Source: Opitutales bacterium (GTDB lineage Bacteria; Verrucomicrobiota; Verrucomicrobiia; Opitutales; UBA2987). Taken from it: a DNA stretch of 64,000 nucleotides. Positions 51,526 to 62,962 of this stretch are shown one piece after another; position 1 is the first letter of the stretch, and every line of letters begins with the position of its first letter. Location: the NCBI GenBank assembly GCA_965226885.1, contig CBDDEL010000017.1:224001-288000 (forward strand). Reading direction: 5' to 3'. The position numbers were made by a program, and so were the translations under genes. The notes under the pieces were generated by a model, which made no database searches, was not told the origin of the DNA, and worked only from the letters and a program-made list of their open reading frames with translations.

Positions 51526-52103
51526 GGACAAAATATATTTTTAAAAAATAATATGAACACGATTTCCACCTTAATCCCACGTCAAAATTGTCCAAACAAC
51601 CCCGTCCACTTCAGGTATCATCCCAAACCGGTAGCACGCTCTGTAGGTAAACCTTCGTCTGAGGACTCTTTTTCTTAATAAATTCGAGGATTTCCCCTAT
51701 TTTATCCCGGACTTCAGTGACGGATTTTTCCCGGTCGAGGTCGTTGGTACCAATCATTAGAAAAACTATTGCCAGTTTGCCCTCGGTAACCTCTTCGATT
51801 CGTTTCATCACGCCCCAGGCAGTATCGCTGGAGATTCCACGGTTGGTTACCTGCTCCAATCCGGTCAATTCGCGCCATTCACAGCCATCGGTGATACTGT
51901 CCCCGAGAAAACATATTTCGCCTTCTGGATTGGGCAAACTTCGGAATAAAGAAACCCTGTGTTTCCAGTAACCCGAAAATTCTGTGATATTTTTCTGCCC
52001 AAATCCCGAATGGGAAATGAGAATCAGCAGTGTTATGGCCAACAGGTTGTACTTTAGTTTCATCATGGTTTAAAAAATTAATGGCGCATACCATAATTAC
52101 CTA

Positions 52104-52414
52104 GAGGCTGTCCCAAAAATATAAAGATTTTATAGTCAACTGGATGGGATGACGTTGATAAAAAGAGCCGGAAAGAGCAAGTTTTTGCTCGATCCGGCCA
52201 AAAAAGGGTTCTATAATTGAGTTAGCGAAAATCAATATAGCCCTTTCTATGAAAAATATAGCCATCCAATGCCTCCTGCGTCCAGCTTTAACTGTGGTCG
52301 ACCGGTGCCTCGATTACGATAACTTCCACGCCACCATTGATCGAATCGATCGGCTGCTGATCGACTCGGAGGTGGAATCGCAGGCCTTGGAGGGGTGGCC
52401 GCCAATGGGTCTAA
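52104..52414 (+). mobile_element. IS5-like element left-end remnant, truncated at IS1380
   Basis: Near-identical to 1064-1381 except a 5-bp duplication, a 12-bp deletion and substitutions; the rest is missing. Confidence 0.9.
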
Positions 52415-53977
52415 CCCGGATATTTCATGAAGGGTAAAGTTTGGCTCGTTATTGCTATTGGAGATGGATTTCTTTGTATTTTGAGCAGATCGTCTTGATT
52501 TTTAGGTGTTTTTCAGGGTGTAGAGACACTGCCCCCTTTCCCCCATTGGTTCGGTAGTGCCGGGGGCAGCACCAATGCACCCTTTAGGTTGGCACCAATC
52601 GGCGGGCCGCATGGTTGAAAAGACTGGCCCAAGGATAACCACTTAGGTGAAAGTGAATCGTTCGGGTGTTGCGCACGATGACCGCTCCAATCTTGATTAA
52701 TTTGAGCCGCAGGGTGTGGCATTGGGCCCGCGCCCACTTCGTCCCTTTTAAGGCTAACCGGCGCATGGCTTCCATCAAGGTGTAGGCCAGCGCCGACAAG
52801 AGCAATCGCCACTGATTGGCCCACCATTGATGGGCGCTGGTGCGCTCGCTGAACAATTGCATCTGTTCCTTGATTCGGTTCTCCATTTCACCGCGGCCAC
52901 AGTATACCTTGTCGTAAAGCTCCTGGGGATCGCCCGGCAGGTTCGTCACCACGAAGCGCGGGTTGGACCCCTGTGCGGTGTGTTCGGCTTTATGGATGAC
53001 CAACCGCAGCCATCGCCACGAATCGGCAGCATAGACGAAGTCCTGGAATAACCGTTGTTTTTTACCCCTTAGTTCGAACCATTCTTTGGCCTGCTTTTGC
53101 AACTGCTGGGCGTCTTGCTGCAAGCGTGCATTGCGAGCCATCCCCACGATGTAACTAACTTCGTTGCGGTCGCACCAAGAGAGTATCCGGTCTCGACAAA
53201 ATCCACTGTCGGCGCGCCAAATAATCCGCGTACGGGGCCAGCTTTAGCGAATCCGTTTAACCAGCAATTTGAGGATGGCCCCGGCATGCTTGCTGGCATC
53301 GATCTTGCTCGGCCGCAGGTAGGCCACCAGCAGCTGATCACCGCAAAAAACATATAGCGGCAGAAAACAGTAATGATCATAATAACCGTGGAAAAAACGT
53401 CCCTCCTGGAGCCCGTGCACCGGATTGTCGGTGGCGTCAAAGTCCAGGATGATCTCTTCGGGTTCCTCGGCAAAGGAGCCCATGAACTGTTCGACCAACA
53501 GCTCGTTTACCGCAAAGGCCGCCCGCCGATCCTGCCCGTTTTCAAAACGACACAAAGTCGGCGCGCTGGCCAACGTTTCAATGCGCCCGTTACCGTTTGC
53601 AACAATGGATCGTGGCGCAGGGTATCAAAGTCGTTCAAATCCTCATAGCCCGCCACCAGCCCGTAAACGCGCTGCCGCAGCATCCCCAATACCTCATGGC
53701 GTACTTTGCCCTTCTGCCGTTTGTCCACTAACTGTCGGGCCGCTCGTTCGGTCAAGCCCAACTGCCGATCCACTTCCCGGATCAAAAGCAGTCCGGCATC
53801 CGAAGTAACCTCTCCGCCCTTGAAATCAACCCGCACACGGCGGCCTTTTACCCTTGTCAACTGTAGCTTTAATTGTTTACCTTTTGTCATCGCTGATATT
53901 GCTTTAATTATTGATCTATCCTGCTGTATATCAGCAGTTAAGCATATCAACGATACTTTTTTTACGAAATATCCGGG
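52415..53977 (-). mobile_element. IS1380-family element, copy 3 (transposase pseudogene)
   Basis: Near-identical to copy 2. It has a -1 frameshift near 53586, a TAA nonsense at 53244-53246 and a 3-bp deletion near 52640. Flanks CTAA/TTAG do not match. Confidence 0.93.
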
Positions 53978-54068
53978 TTAGGGGCATGGCCCCGTTTATC
54001 CCGGCTCCGACAATGAGCATATCGAAACTTTTTTTCTCCAACTGACTGAAGCGGTCTTCTCCTGGCAT
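53978..54068 (-). pseudogene. glpD: N-terminal stub of an FAD-dependent glycerol-3-phosphate dehydrogenase-like gene
   Basis: MPGEDRFSQLEKKSFDMLIVGAGINGA, then cut at the IS1380 end; lies directly downstream of glpQ. Confidence 0.65.
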
Positions 54069-54086
54069 ATCGAGAAGTAAAAATTG

Positions 54087-54902
54087 TCAATGGATTTGAG
54101 CTGCCAACCATTGTGGGCGATTAGTGGTGATACCATCCACGCCCGCTTGTTTTAACCTGCGGGCCACGGCGGGATCGTCAACCGTCCAGACATAAACCTC
54201 GAGCCCGTTGCGGTGGACCTCGGCGATGGAATCTTCATTGACGATGGCATCGATGGCTTTTACGTTGATGCCGTCTGCCCCCACCTTTTTCGCCCGTTCT
54301 ATCAGCTCTTCGATTGAAGGCTCCCAGGCATCGGTTTCTTTATTTTTCTTAAAGGAGGATAAGCCGTAGATTTTGTAATGGGGAAAGGCTTTTGTGGCGG
54401 CAGCCACTGTATCCCAGTTGAAACTGATAATGACAATTTGCTCAGGGTCCAGACCGGACCTGGCAATTGCCTTTTTCAGCTCTGGAATTATGTCGGGACC
54501 TATTTTTATTTCGACTACTATTTTTCGCCCTTCGGGAACGGTAGACAAAACTTGATTCAGGAGCGGAATTTTTTCACCTTTCCATTTTTCGCCTTTATGC
54601 TGGCCGGCATCAAGTTGCAGCAGCTCCTCGACTGTTTGATCTATCACATCCCGGTCGCGTCCATAAAGTTTGAGGGTATTAAAATCATGGAGGACGACCA
54701 ATTGCCCATCTTTCGAGAAGTGGATATCGATTTCTACCGCCGGGGCCTCTTTTTCCCAAGCCAGGTTCACGGAGGCCAGGGTATTTTCAGGCGCGTCATA
54801 GGATGCGCCGCGGTGGGCAATTATAAGGCATTCTTTTCCATTAACGATTACCATCGCAAGGATTGCTGAAATCAAAGTTAGTGTAATATTTCTGAACGGC
54901 AT
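54087..54902 (-). CDS. glpQ: glycerophosphodiester phosphodiesterase (secreted)
   Basis: IAHRGAS..APENT, EIDI, VLHD and VWTVD..GVDGITTN motifs. Confidence 0.9.
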   Translation of the reverse strand: MPFRNITLTLISAILAMVIVNGKECLIIAHRGASYDAPENTLASVNLAWEKEAPAVEIDIHFSKDGQLVVLHDFNTLKLYGRDRDVIDQTVEELLQLDAGQHKGEKWKGEKIPLLNQVLSTVPEGRKIVVEIKIGPDIIPELKKAIARSGLDPEQIVIISFNWDTVAAATKAFPHYKIYGLSSFKKNKETDAWEPSIEELIERAKKVGADGINVKAIDAIVNEDSIAEVHRNGLEVYVWTVDDPAVARRLKQAGVDGITTNRPQWLAAQIH

Positions 54903-55200
54903 GATCTTATGGTCTTAATGATCTTGGTGATGGTATTGGATAGCACAACGCACTCATTATCAACGACAAAAATAATTGGCATCTTTCAGAATTCAAATCC
55001 TTCCTTATTTATCGTAAATAGCTCCTAAACATCCCTCAAAAGCAATTACTAAGGAAATCCAGGCGTTATTAAAGGTCAACTGCTTTGCCTGAGCCGCATG
55101 AAAAAATTGCGGCGATTTTATTCGTCACTAAAAATACCTGGCATTGGGAATGAAATAATACCTTTTATCGATGGTTGCTTGTCTGAAATACGAGATTTAC

Positions 55201-55953
55201 CTACTGCAATCCGACGAAGACAAACAACCAGGCTCCGCCAACTCCACCCAGAATGGGGCCGAGAATTGGAACCCAACTGTATTTCCAGTCGGAACTTCCC
55301 TTTCCGGGTATAGGCAAAATAGCGTGGGCGATTCGTGGGCCGAAGTCCCTGGCCGGATTTATAGCGTAACCAGTGGGCCCTCCCAAGGAGATTCCTATTG
55401 CCAAGACAAGAAGCCCGACCAGTAGGGGTTGCAGCCCAGAGCTGAAAACTGCCGAGAGATCGAGATCACCGGGTTTGGCCAATTCCTGCGCATTGGCGGC
55501 TATGGCCAGAACCCCGAATACCAGCATAGCGGTTCCAATAATCTCGGTAATTAAATTGTTTGGGTAGTTGCGGATGGCGGGCCCGGTACAAAATACGCTT
55601 AATTTTGCATCCGCCCCCTCTGTTTCTTTCCAATGGGGGAAGTAGGCCAGCCATACCAGGATGGCTCCGGTCAAGGCCCCTGCTACCTGCGATGCAACAT
55701 ACCCGGCAACCTGACACCAGGGAAAGGCCCCGATTGAAGCCAACCCAATTGTGACTGCCGGATTGATGTGCGCGCCGCTGATCCGACCCACCGAATAAAC
55801 CGCAATGGCTACCGCTAGTCCCCACCCGACAGTGATGACTATCCAGCCGGAGCCTTCGCCCTTGGATTTTTTCAGAAGAACAGTGGCAACAGCGCCATCT
55901 CCCAAAAGAATTAGAATCAACGTTCCGGTAAACTCGGCTAAATAAGGTGACAT
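55201..55953 (-). CDS. glpF: aquaglyceroporin / glycerol uptake facilitator
   Basis: SGAHINPAVT and GYAINPARD motifs; AGGAG RBS before MSPYLAEF. Confidence 0.93.
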   Translation of the reverse strand: MSPYLAEFTGTLILILLGDGAVATVLLKKSKGEGSGWIVITVGWGLAVAIAVYSVGRISGAHINPAVTIGLASIGAFPWCQVAGYVASQVAGALTGAILVWLAYFPHWKETEGADAKLSVFCTGPAIRNYPNNLITEIIGTAMLVFGVLAIAANAQELAKPGDLDLSAVFSSGLQPLLVGLLVLAIGISLGGPTGYAINPARDFGPRIAHAILPIPGKGSSDWKYSWVPILGPILGGVGGAWLFVFVGLQ

Positions 55954-56051
55954 GAGATTAATTCTTCTCCTTGCAAAGGAAACATGATAAGGTTTTTTAT
56001 TCCAGATCATTGCGGCTCTCAATCAGTCGGAGCCGCTTTTATTTTTAAAAG

Positions 56052-56117
56052 ACCAGAGCCAGAAAACATCTACCAGAGCCAGAAAACATTTATGTCAATG
56101 AAATTATGTCAATGAAA
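56052..56117. repeat. two adjacent short direct duplications in a divergent intergenic region
   Basis: ACCAGAGCCAGAAAACAT x2 (2-bp spacer), then TTATGTCAATGAAA x2. Confidence 0.9.
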
Positions 56118-57020
56118 TCATATTGGGCCAATCGCATTGGCTTTTATGCCTTGGAGGGGGGATTTCAGATTTCGGCAATGGCCCGGGTGATTGGGTATTG
56201 GTTCGCCTTTTCCACTCTTGGCAGTTTAACAATTCTTGCCCAAGACAGGGAAAATGGCTTGGTCGATGAGACGGCCATTCCCCACCGTGGCGTCACCGCT
56301 CATCGGGGAAACTCCGGTTCCTATCCTGAAAACACGCTCCCGGCTTTTGACTCTGCCCTGGCTTTAGGCGTCGATTGGATGGAATGCGATATTTTCAAAA
56401 CAAAGGACGGGAAAATTGTTGTCATTCACGATGCCGGGACCGGACGCATGGGTGACAGGAACCTTTTGGTCGCCGATTCAACTTACGAAGAACTTCTGCG
56501 GGTGGATGTCGCTACGGAATTTCGTCAAAAGCATGGCAAGACCCTGGCTGAGTGTCCCAAAGGAAAAATTCCTCTGCTTGAAGATGTGATCCGCCTGACG
56601 ATGACTCAGCGCCTTACACGACTATCCATTCAGCCGAAAAGGGATATCGTTGATGAAGCCATCGCATTGATTCGAGAGATGAAAGCTGAATCCTGGATCG
56701 GTTTCAACGAGGGCTCCATTTCACGTGTTCGACGGGTCAAGGAACTGGCCCCTGAATTACCGGGTTTTTATGACACCGATGGCAAAGACACCGATCTTCA
56801 TGTTTCCCGGGCTCTCGAATATGGATTTGAAAGCATCGTCATGAACCACCGGAATGTGACCGCAGAAGACGTTGAAAAAATTCATGCCGCCAAACTCGAA
56901 GCCGGTGCCTGGACCGTAAATGATCGCGAGGAAATGCGGCGATTGTTGATGGCAGGCGTAGATCGCATCTATACCGACCTGGCAGAGATTCTTATGGCAT
57001 TACAAGAGGAGGGAAAGTGA
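56106..57020 (+). CDS. glycerophosphodiester phosphodiesterase (start may be 56178)
   Basis: TAHRGNS..PENT, ECDI and AWTVN..GVDRIYTD motifs. Confidence 0.9.
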   Translation: MSMKSYWANRIGFYALEGGFQISAMARVIGYWFAFSTLGSLTILAQDRENGLVDETAIPHRGVTAHRGNSGSYPENTLPAFDSALALGVDWMECDIFKTKDGKIVVIHDAGTGRMGDRNLLVADSTYEELLRVDVATEFRQKHGKTLAECPKGKIPLLEDVIRLTMTQRLTRLSIQPKRDIVDEAIALIREMKAESWIGFNEGSISRVRRVKELAPELPGFYDTDGKDTDLHVSRALEYGFESIVMNHRNVTAEDVEKIHAAKLEAGAWTVNDREEMRRLLMAGVDRIYTDLAEILMALQEEGK

Positions 57021-59362
57021 GCGCTCAACCCCCAAATATTGGAGGCGGAGGAGTGACGGAGAGCCCGGTCTTAACCGATCGAACCCGGAAACTTTTGCAA
57101 CCTCTCCTTCATCTCGTTCTCGATGTGGATGGAACTCTCGCCCTCGACGACAACCTCTTTCCATCCACAATCCGTTTCCTGGTGATGTGCACTGGAAAAA
57201 GTGGACACGAGATTCTCCTAAATGGAGAATCGAAGCATGGGAAGAAGACGCTTTAGTATAGAGTTCAAAAATGAGGCAGTTCAACTGATGATACTCGATG
57301 GTCTGAGCGCCACCGAGGTATCGACCAAACTTGGGGTCAACACCAACCAATTGTATAGGTGGAAGAGGCTCTATCTGGACGATCAGCAGGGCGAAGCCAC
57401 CTCAAAGCGACAGAGCAGTCCGAAGGAGATGGCGGCCGAGATAGATCGTCTTCGCAAAGAGCTGCGCCGCTCGGAGCGGATCAACCAGATACTAAAAAAA
57501 ACGGTGGGCTACTTTGCCAAGGACGAACAATGAAGTACCAGTTTGTCAAAGACAACGAGGGGCGCTTCAAGATCGAGGAAATATGCTCGGCGATGGGGAT
57601 TTGTCGCAGTGGCTATTACTGCTGGAGGCACCGAGCGCCCTCGGCCCGGCGGATCGAGGACGAGGGAATCAAGGGGGCGATCCTGAAGGTACACAAAGAG
57701 GCCAAGGGCCCGCTATGGGCATCGGCCAATGCACCGCCATCTGAAGGATGATGAGGGCATCGATTGCGGCCGTGACCGGGCTCTGCGTCTGATGCGTGAA
57801 ATGGGAATCAAAAGCACCCAGAGTAAACGCTTTAAGCCATTAAAAACCAACAGTAACCATCCCTATGGTTACAGCCCCAATGTGCTTAAAAAGCATGGCC
57901 AGCCGACCCATATCGACGAGGTCTGGGTGGCGGACACGACCTACCTACGGACCCTGGCCGGTTGGATGTACTTGGCCACGGTGATGGACCTGTTCAGCCG
58001 ACGCCTGCTGGGCTGGAGCGTTTCCAACCACAACGACGCGAAGCTGGTTGGCAAGGCCCTCAAAGCCGCGGCCATGACCCGCGGCACACTGCGCACCGGG
58101 ATTATTCATCACAGCGATCGGGGCAGCCCCTACGCCAGCGACGACTATCAGAGGCTGGTCTCTGAACTAGGCATGAAGCCGAGCATGAGCGCCCAAGGCA
58201 ACTGCTACGACAACGCGGCCATGGAATCGTTCTACGGCCGCTTCAAGACCAGCACGATTCGAGGCCGCCACTTTGCCGACGAGCGCGAACTGCGATCAAC
58301 TGTCTTCGAATACGTGGAAATCTTCTACAACCGATATCGCAAACATTCCTCTCTGAGTTACCAAAGCCCAGTCCAATTCGAGGAAAATATTTGCCCCCCA
58401 TGGGGGGCAACGAGAAAACAAAACCCTTTACCAAAACAAGCCGCCTGACACACTAATCAATAAACAATGAATATAAGAGAATCCCGTGTCCAACAAATCC
58501 AGTACACGTCATATAAGAGAATCCCGTGTCCAACAAATCCAGTGCACATCACTAATCAATAAACAATGAATATAAGAGAATCCCGTGTCCAACAAATCCA
58601 GTACACGTCACTGGAGACACTCCACGGCCTTGGGATGTCCTTTACCATCATCACCAACAACTCCTCGAAGAGCAGGCGGGAACATTGCCAACGGCTGTGT
58701 CGAATGGGGCTGGAATTAAACGAAGAGAAGATACTGGTATCCACTCAGGCCACCCTGCTCTACCTTAAAGAAGCGCAACCCCAAATTAAGCGTCTTTTCG
58801 TGCTGGGAACACCCGGCTTGCAAGAGGAATTTAGCGAAGCCGGGTATGCTCTTTGCGACCATCGGGCGGATGACGAACCCGACGCCGTCATTGTCGGTTT
58901 CGACACCTCGCTTACCTATGAGAGGCTTTGTCGCGCCGCTTATTGGATTAAAAAGGGCAAGAAATATTTTGCCACTCATCCGGATTACGTTTGCCCTACC
59001 GATCAGCCGACGGTGCTGGTCGATTGCGGGTCAATCATCAGTTGCCTGAAAGCAGCTACAGGGCGGGAGCCCGACGCCATCCTGGGCAAGCCGAGCCCTC
59101 AGATGCTGGAAGTGATCCGGCAAAAGCATGGATTGGAAAAATCCCAAATTGCCATGGTGGGGGACCGTCTTTATACGGACATGGCAATGGCTTATGCAGG
59201 TGGGATAACCTCTATTCTGGTCCTTTGCGGTGAAACTACCCGCGGGCAGGCAGAATCGATTCAGCATCGCCCGATATCGTGGTAACCGATCCCGGCGATT
59301 TGGGCAGTTTGCTCGTCCTGGCAAAACGCGCTGAAAAAATTAGTGACGAAAAATCTTGTTAG
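57017..59362 (+). pseudogene. HAD-IIA (NagD-like) phosphatase interrupted by IS3, with a further 3' frameshift
   Basis: LDVDGTL before the IS; ITNNS, GKP and VGDRLYTD after it; CTGG TSD; 1-nt frameshift near 59270 (PDIVV frame). Confidence 0.9.
57183..58610 (+). mobile_element. IS3-family element A, copy 2, with frameshifted OrfB and triplicated right end
   Basis: Matches copy 1 plus an extra C near 57710. Right end repeated at 58512-58551 and 58552-58610. CTGG TSD surrounds the whole. Confidence 0.93.
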
Positions 59363-59522
59363 TAAAATATGGGCCACTCTGCGGTAACTCTGGACAGGGG
59401 TATTATAATACCTCAAACATGGCAGGCTTTACTTTAGGCGAGCGCCAATGGTATTATAAAATATTGCTGACGACTATTTTTAAAATCGATATTCGGATAA
59501 TTTTCAGAAATTCAAAGACGCT

Positions 59523-60842
59523 ATGCTGAAATTTATTTCAAAATTTTACAGACCGGCCCCTGAAGTAGAACGTCTTCCTTCCGATGAGATTCCGCGTACT
59601 TATGGGCGGTTACGATGGCAAATTATGGAATCCACCTTTATCGGATATGCCGTATTCTACCTGGTTCGCAATAATTTGGCGCCGGTATCACTGGAAATAG
59701 GCGAGGCGGTTGGCTACACCAAGAGTCAAATTGGGGATTTTCTGGCCGTTACGGCGATTGCCTACGGGGTGGCCAAATTTATCATGGGTTCGGTTTCAGA
59801 CCGGAGCAACCCACGCCTTTTTATGCCCACCGGCCTGATTCTTACCGCCCTGGTCAATTTTGCTTTTGGCAGTGTTCAGAACTACCATCTGCACCTCGCT
59901 CTATGGGCTATGAATGGGTTGTTTCAGGGAATGGGCTGGCCTCCCTGCGGACGGTCCATCGGCCATTGGTATAGCGAGAATGAGCGAGGCATGAAATTTG
60001 CCATCTGGAATGTCGCGACCAATGTCGGCGGCGGACTGGCTGGAGTGATTGCCGCTTACAGCGCTGGTTGGCTCGGTTGGCAGTTTGCTTTTTTTGTGCC
60101 GGGTATTCTTGCCCTGATATGCGCGCTTTACCTGCTGCTGCGGTTGCGGGACACACCGCAATCGGTAGGTTTGCCGCCTATCGAGGAATACCGAAACGAC
60201 TATCCCGCAAACCATTCAACGGATCATGAGGCTGAGCTGACCACGCGGGATTTATTCGTCAATTACATCTTCAAGAACAAATACCTGTGGATCGTCGCCC
60301 TGGCCAATTTTTTTGTTTATATCACCCGCTACAGTATGCTGGATTGGGGGCCTACCTACCTGCGGGAAGTCAAGGGAGCCAATTTGGAAGACGGGGGGTG
60401 GAGCATTTTGGTCCTTGAATGGGGGGGCATCCCGAGCACCCTATTGATGGGCTGGTTGTCAGACCGATTGGGAGGCCGCCGGGGACTCGTCAGCCTGATG
60501 TGCATGATCCCTATATTCTTTGCTTTTCTGGGAATAAAAATGAACCCTCCGGGCATGCTATGGCTGGATATGACGTTGCTGGGGGTGATCGGTTTTTTTG
60601 TCTATCCTCCGGTCATGCTGCTGGCGGTTTCAGGACTTGATTTAACCTCCAAGAAAGCGGTTGGCACGGCGGCCGGGTTCATCGGGCTATGGGGCTACAT
60701 CGGCCGCACGGTGCAGGGAAAAGTGCTTGGGACGGTTGCGGAGGATTATGGCTGGGACGCCTCTTTGAACCTCATTCTGATGGCCGCTATAGGAGCGATA
60801 ATTTTATTGTGTTTTACCGTCAATATCAAACCCCGAGGATAG
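59523..60842 (+). CDS. glpT: glycerol-3-phosphate transporter GlpT-like MFS
   Basis: GYAVFYLVRNN, SDRSNPR, QGMGWPPC, RDTPQSVGLPPIEEY and DWGPTYL motifs. Confidence 0.88.
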   Translation: MLKFISKFYRPAPEVERLPSDEIPRTYGRLRWQIMESTFIGYAVFYLVRNNLAPVSLEIGEAVGYTKSQIGDFLAVTAIAYGVAKFIMGSVSDRSNPRLFMPTGLILTALVNFAFGSVQNYHLHLALWAMNGLFQGMGWPPCGRSIGHWYSENERGMKFAIWNVATNVGGGLAGVIAAYSAGWLGWQFAFFVPGILALICALYLLLRLRDTPQSVGLPPIEEYRNDYPANHSTDHEAELTTRDLFVNYIFKNKYLWIVALANFFVYITRYSMLDWGPTYLREVKGANLEDGGWSILVLEWGGIPSTLLMGWLSDRLGGRRGLVSLMCMIPIFFAFLGIKMNPPGMLWLDMTLLGVIGFFVYPPVMLLAVSGLDLTSKKAVGTAAGFIGLWGYIGRTVQGKVLGTVAEDYGWDASLNLILMAAIGAIILLCFTVNIKPRG

Positions 60843-60874
60843 ATTCCGGGATTATTTAGAAAATCAAATGGCTG

Positions 60875-61627
60875 ATGAGTATGAACCAGCCGGGAGTAAA
60901 TATCCTTTCCTTTTGTAGGAGTATAGCGCTTTGCCTCCTCCTTTTCCAGGCATTGCAGAGGAATTTACAGGCTCAAACCGGCGTCGATGAGTTAAAGGAT
61001 CGTCCCCTTCGAATAAGGAACAAGGTAAAACCTGATTTCCCGGCCGCGCTACGCAACAGCCACTATTACCAAGGCTTTGCAAAAGTTGTTTTTATGGTCG
61101 ATACATCTGGCCGAAGTTATGATTTCATCTTGATCGAGGCCACGCACCCTCTTTTCGGTGTAGAAGCCATTAGCGCTTTGCAGCGGTGGCAGGTGGAACC
61201 GGCCATAATCGATAGTCGGATTAATCCATCCCGCCATACTGTCGAAGTGAAATTCAGGAATGTAGGTTTGGCCATAGAGAAAAGGCTTGGTGGAGGGATC
61301 CCGACCAGGGAAAAACCGGATTCGTCAGTTGGCACATACTACCACACATTTGATTTGAATGAATTGGACCGAATTCCGAAATATCTCGCGAAGGATTCTC
61401 CGGTTTTACCCACCGGAATTGAGCCCGCCGAAATGAGAGGCTTGGTCAAAATTGAGTTTTTCATCGATGAAAAAGGCAAGGTTCGGGCTCCCGGGGTTCT
61501 TATGAGCACAAATGACCGGCTTGATGATGCCGCCATCACGGCGGTAGTGAACTGGCAATTTGAACCGCCCCTAAAGGATGGCAAACCGGTTGTGGCCAGA
61601 GCAGTGCAAAGTTTCCTCTTCGAGTAG
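60875..61627 (+). CDS. TonB-family protein with two TonB C-terminal domains
   Basis: P.FP..G..KVVFMVD..G...W..EPA and G.VKIEFFIDEKGKV...WQFEPPLKDGKPV. Confidence 0.85.
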   Translation: MSMNQPGVNILSFCRSIALCLLLFQALQRNLQAQTGVDELKDRPLRIRNKVKPDFPAALRNSHYYQGFAKVVFMVDTSGRSYDFILIEATHPLFGVEAISALQRWQVEPAIIDSRINPSRHTVEVKFRNVGLAIEKRLGGGIPTREKPDSSVGTYYHTFDLNELDRIPKYLAKDSPVLPTGIEPAEMRGLVKIEFFIDEKGKVRAPGVLMSTNDRLDDAAITAVVNWQFEPPLKDGKPVVARAVQSFLFE

Positions 61628-61751
61628 TTGGCTTTAATCCAAGTCATTGCCACCAGAAACCTTATGACCAGCCGGGTAAATGCACTAATGACGTGTACTG
61701 GATTTGTTGGACACGGGATTCTCTTATATTCATTGTTTATTGATTAGTGTG

Positions 61752-62669
61752 TCAGGCGGCTTGTTTTGGTAAAGGGTTTTGTTTTCTCGTTGCCCCCCAT
61801 GGGGGGCAAATATTTTCCTCGAATTGGACTGGGCTTTGGTAACTCAGAGAGGAATGTTTGCGATATCGGTTGTAGAAGATTTCCACGTATTCGAAGACAG
61901 TTGATCGCAGTTCGCGCTCGTCGGCAAAGTGGCGGCCTCGAATCGTGCTGGTCTTGAAGCGGCCGTAGAACGATTCCATGGCCGCGTTGTCGTAGCAGTT
62001 GCCTTGGGCGCTCATGCTCGGCTTCATGCCTAGTTCAGAGACCAGCCTCTGATAGTCGTCGCTGGCGTAGGGGCTGCCCCGATCGCTGTGATGAATAATC
62101 CCGGTGCGCAGTGTGCCGCGGGTCATGGCCGCGGCTTTGAGGGCCTTGCCAACCAGCTTCGCGTCGTTGTGGTTGGAAACGCTCCAGCCCAGCAGGCGTC
62201 GGCTGAACAGGTCCATCACCGTGGCCAAGTACATCCAACCGGCCAGGGTCCGTAGGTAGGTCGTGTCCGCCACCCAGACCTCGTCGATATGGGTCGGCTG
62301 GCCATGCTTTTTAAGCACATTGGGGCTGTAACCATAGGGATGGTTACTGTTGGTTTTTAATGGCTTAAAGCGTTTACTCTGGGTGCTTTTGATTCCCATT
62401 TCACGCATCAGACGCAGAGCCCGGTCACGGCCGCAATCGATGCCCTCATCATCCTTCAGATGGCGGTGCATTGGCCGATGCCCATAGCGGCCCTTGGCCT
62501 CTTTGTGTACCTTCAGGATCGCCCCCTTGATTCCCTCGTCCTCGATCCGCCGGGCCGAGGGCGCTCGGTGCCTCCAGCAGTAATAGCCACTGCGACAAAT
62601 CCCCATCGCCGAGCATATTTCCTCGATCTTGAAGCGCCCCTCGTTGTCTTTGACAAACTGGTACTTCAT
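61752..62669 (-). CDS. IS3 transposase OrfB
   Basis: Same protein as 4224-5141. Confidence 0.93.
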   Translation of the reverse strand: MKYQFVKDNEGRFKIEEICSAMGICRSGYYCWRHRAPSARRIEDEGIKGAILKVHKEAKGRYGHRPMHRHLKDDEGIDCGRDRALRLMREMGIKSTQSKRFKPLKTNSNHPYGYSPNVLKKHGQPTHIDEVWVADTTYLRTLAGWMYLATVMDLFSRRLLGWSVSNHNDAKLVGKALKAAAMTRGTLRTGIIHHSDRGSPYASDDYQRLVSELGMKPSMSAQGNCYDNAAMESFYGRFKTSTIRGRHFADERELRSTVFEYVEIFYNRYRKHSSLSYQSPVQFEENICPPWGATRKQNPLPKQAA

Positions 62670-62962
62670 TGTTCGTCCTTGGCAAAGTAGCCCACCGTTT
62701 TTTTTAGTATCTGGTTGATCCGCTCCGAGCGGCGCAGCTCTTTGCGAAGACGATCTATCTCGGCCGCCATCTCCTTCGGACTGCTCTGTCGCTTTGAGGT
62801 GGCTTCGCCCTGCTGATCGTCCAGATAGAGCCTCTTCCACCTATACAATTGGTTGGTGTTGACCCCAAGTTTGGTCGATACCTCGGTGGCGCTCAGACCA
62901 TCGAGTATCATCAGTTGAACTGCCTCATTTTTGAACTCTATACTAAAGCGTCTTCTTCCCAT
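62666..62962 (-). CDS. IS3 transposase OrfA
   Basis: Same protein as 3931-4227. Confidence 0.9.
   Translation of the reverse strand: MGRRRFSIEFKNEAVQLMILDGLSATEVSTKLGVNTNQLYRWKRLYLDDQQGEATSKRQSSPKEMAAEIDRLRKELRRSERINQILKKTVGYFAKDEQ

Larger units (their letters stand above)
50281..51613 (+). mobile_element. IS3-family element B
   Basis: IRs TGAAATGGACGGGG/CCCCGTCCACTTCA, 3-bp TSD GGT. Confidence 0.93.
50068..52066 (-). pseudogene. SGNH/GDSL hydrolase interrupted by an IS3 element
   Basis: FLGDSIT, NRGI and GTND upstream of the IS; continues in frame after it (TWGSRNN...EGLHLNGMGY...KYLP*). Confidence 0.9.

Noticed and set aside
50545..51531. 328-aa minus-strand ORF and similar long antisense ORFs inside IS elements (e.g. 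7884-8786, 1056-1724)
   Set aside because: They are antisense to transposases and have no recognisable motifs.
58466..58610. Three ~40-bp repeats resembling a mini CRISPR array
   Set aside because: They are copies of the IS3 right end, with no unique spacers and no cas genes.
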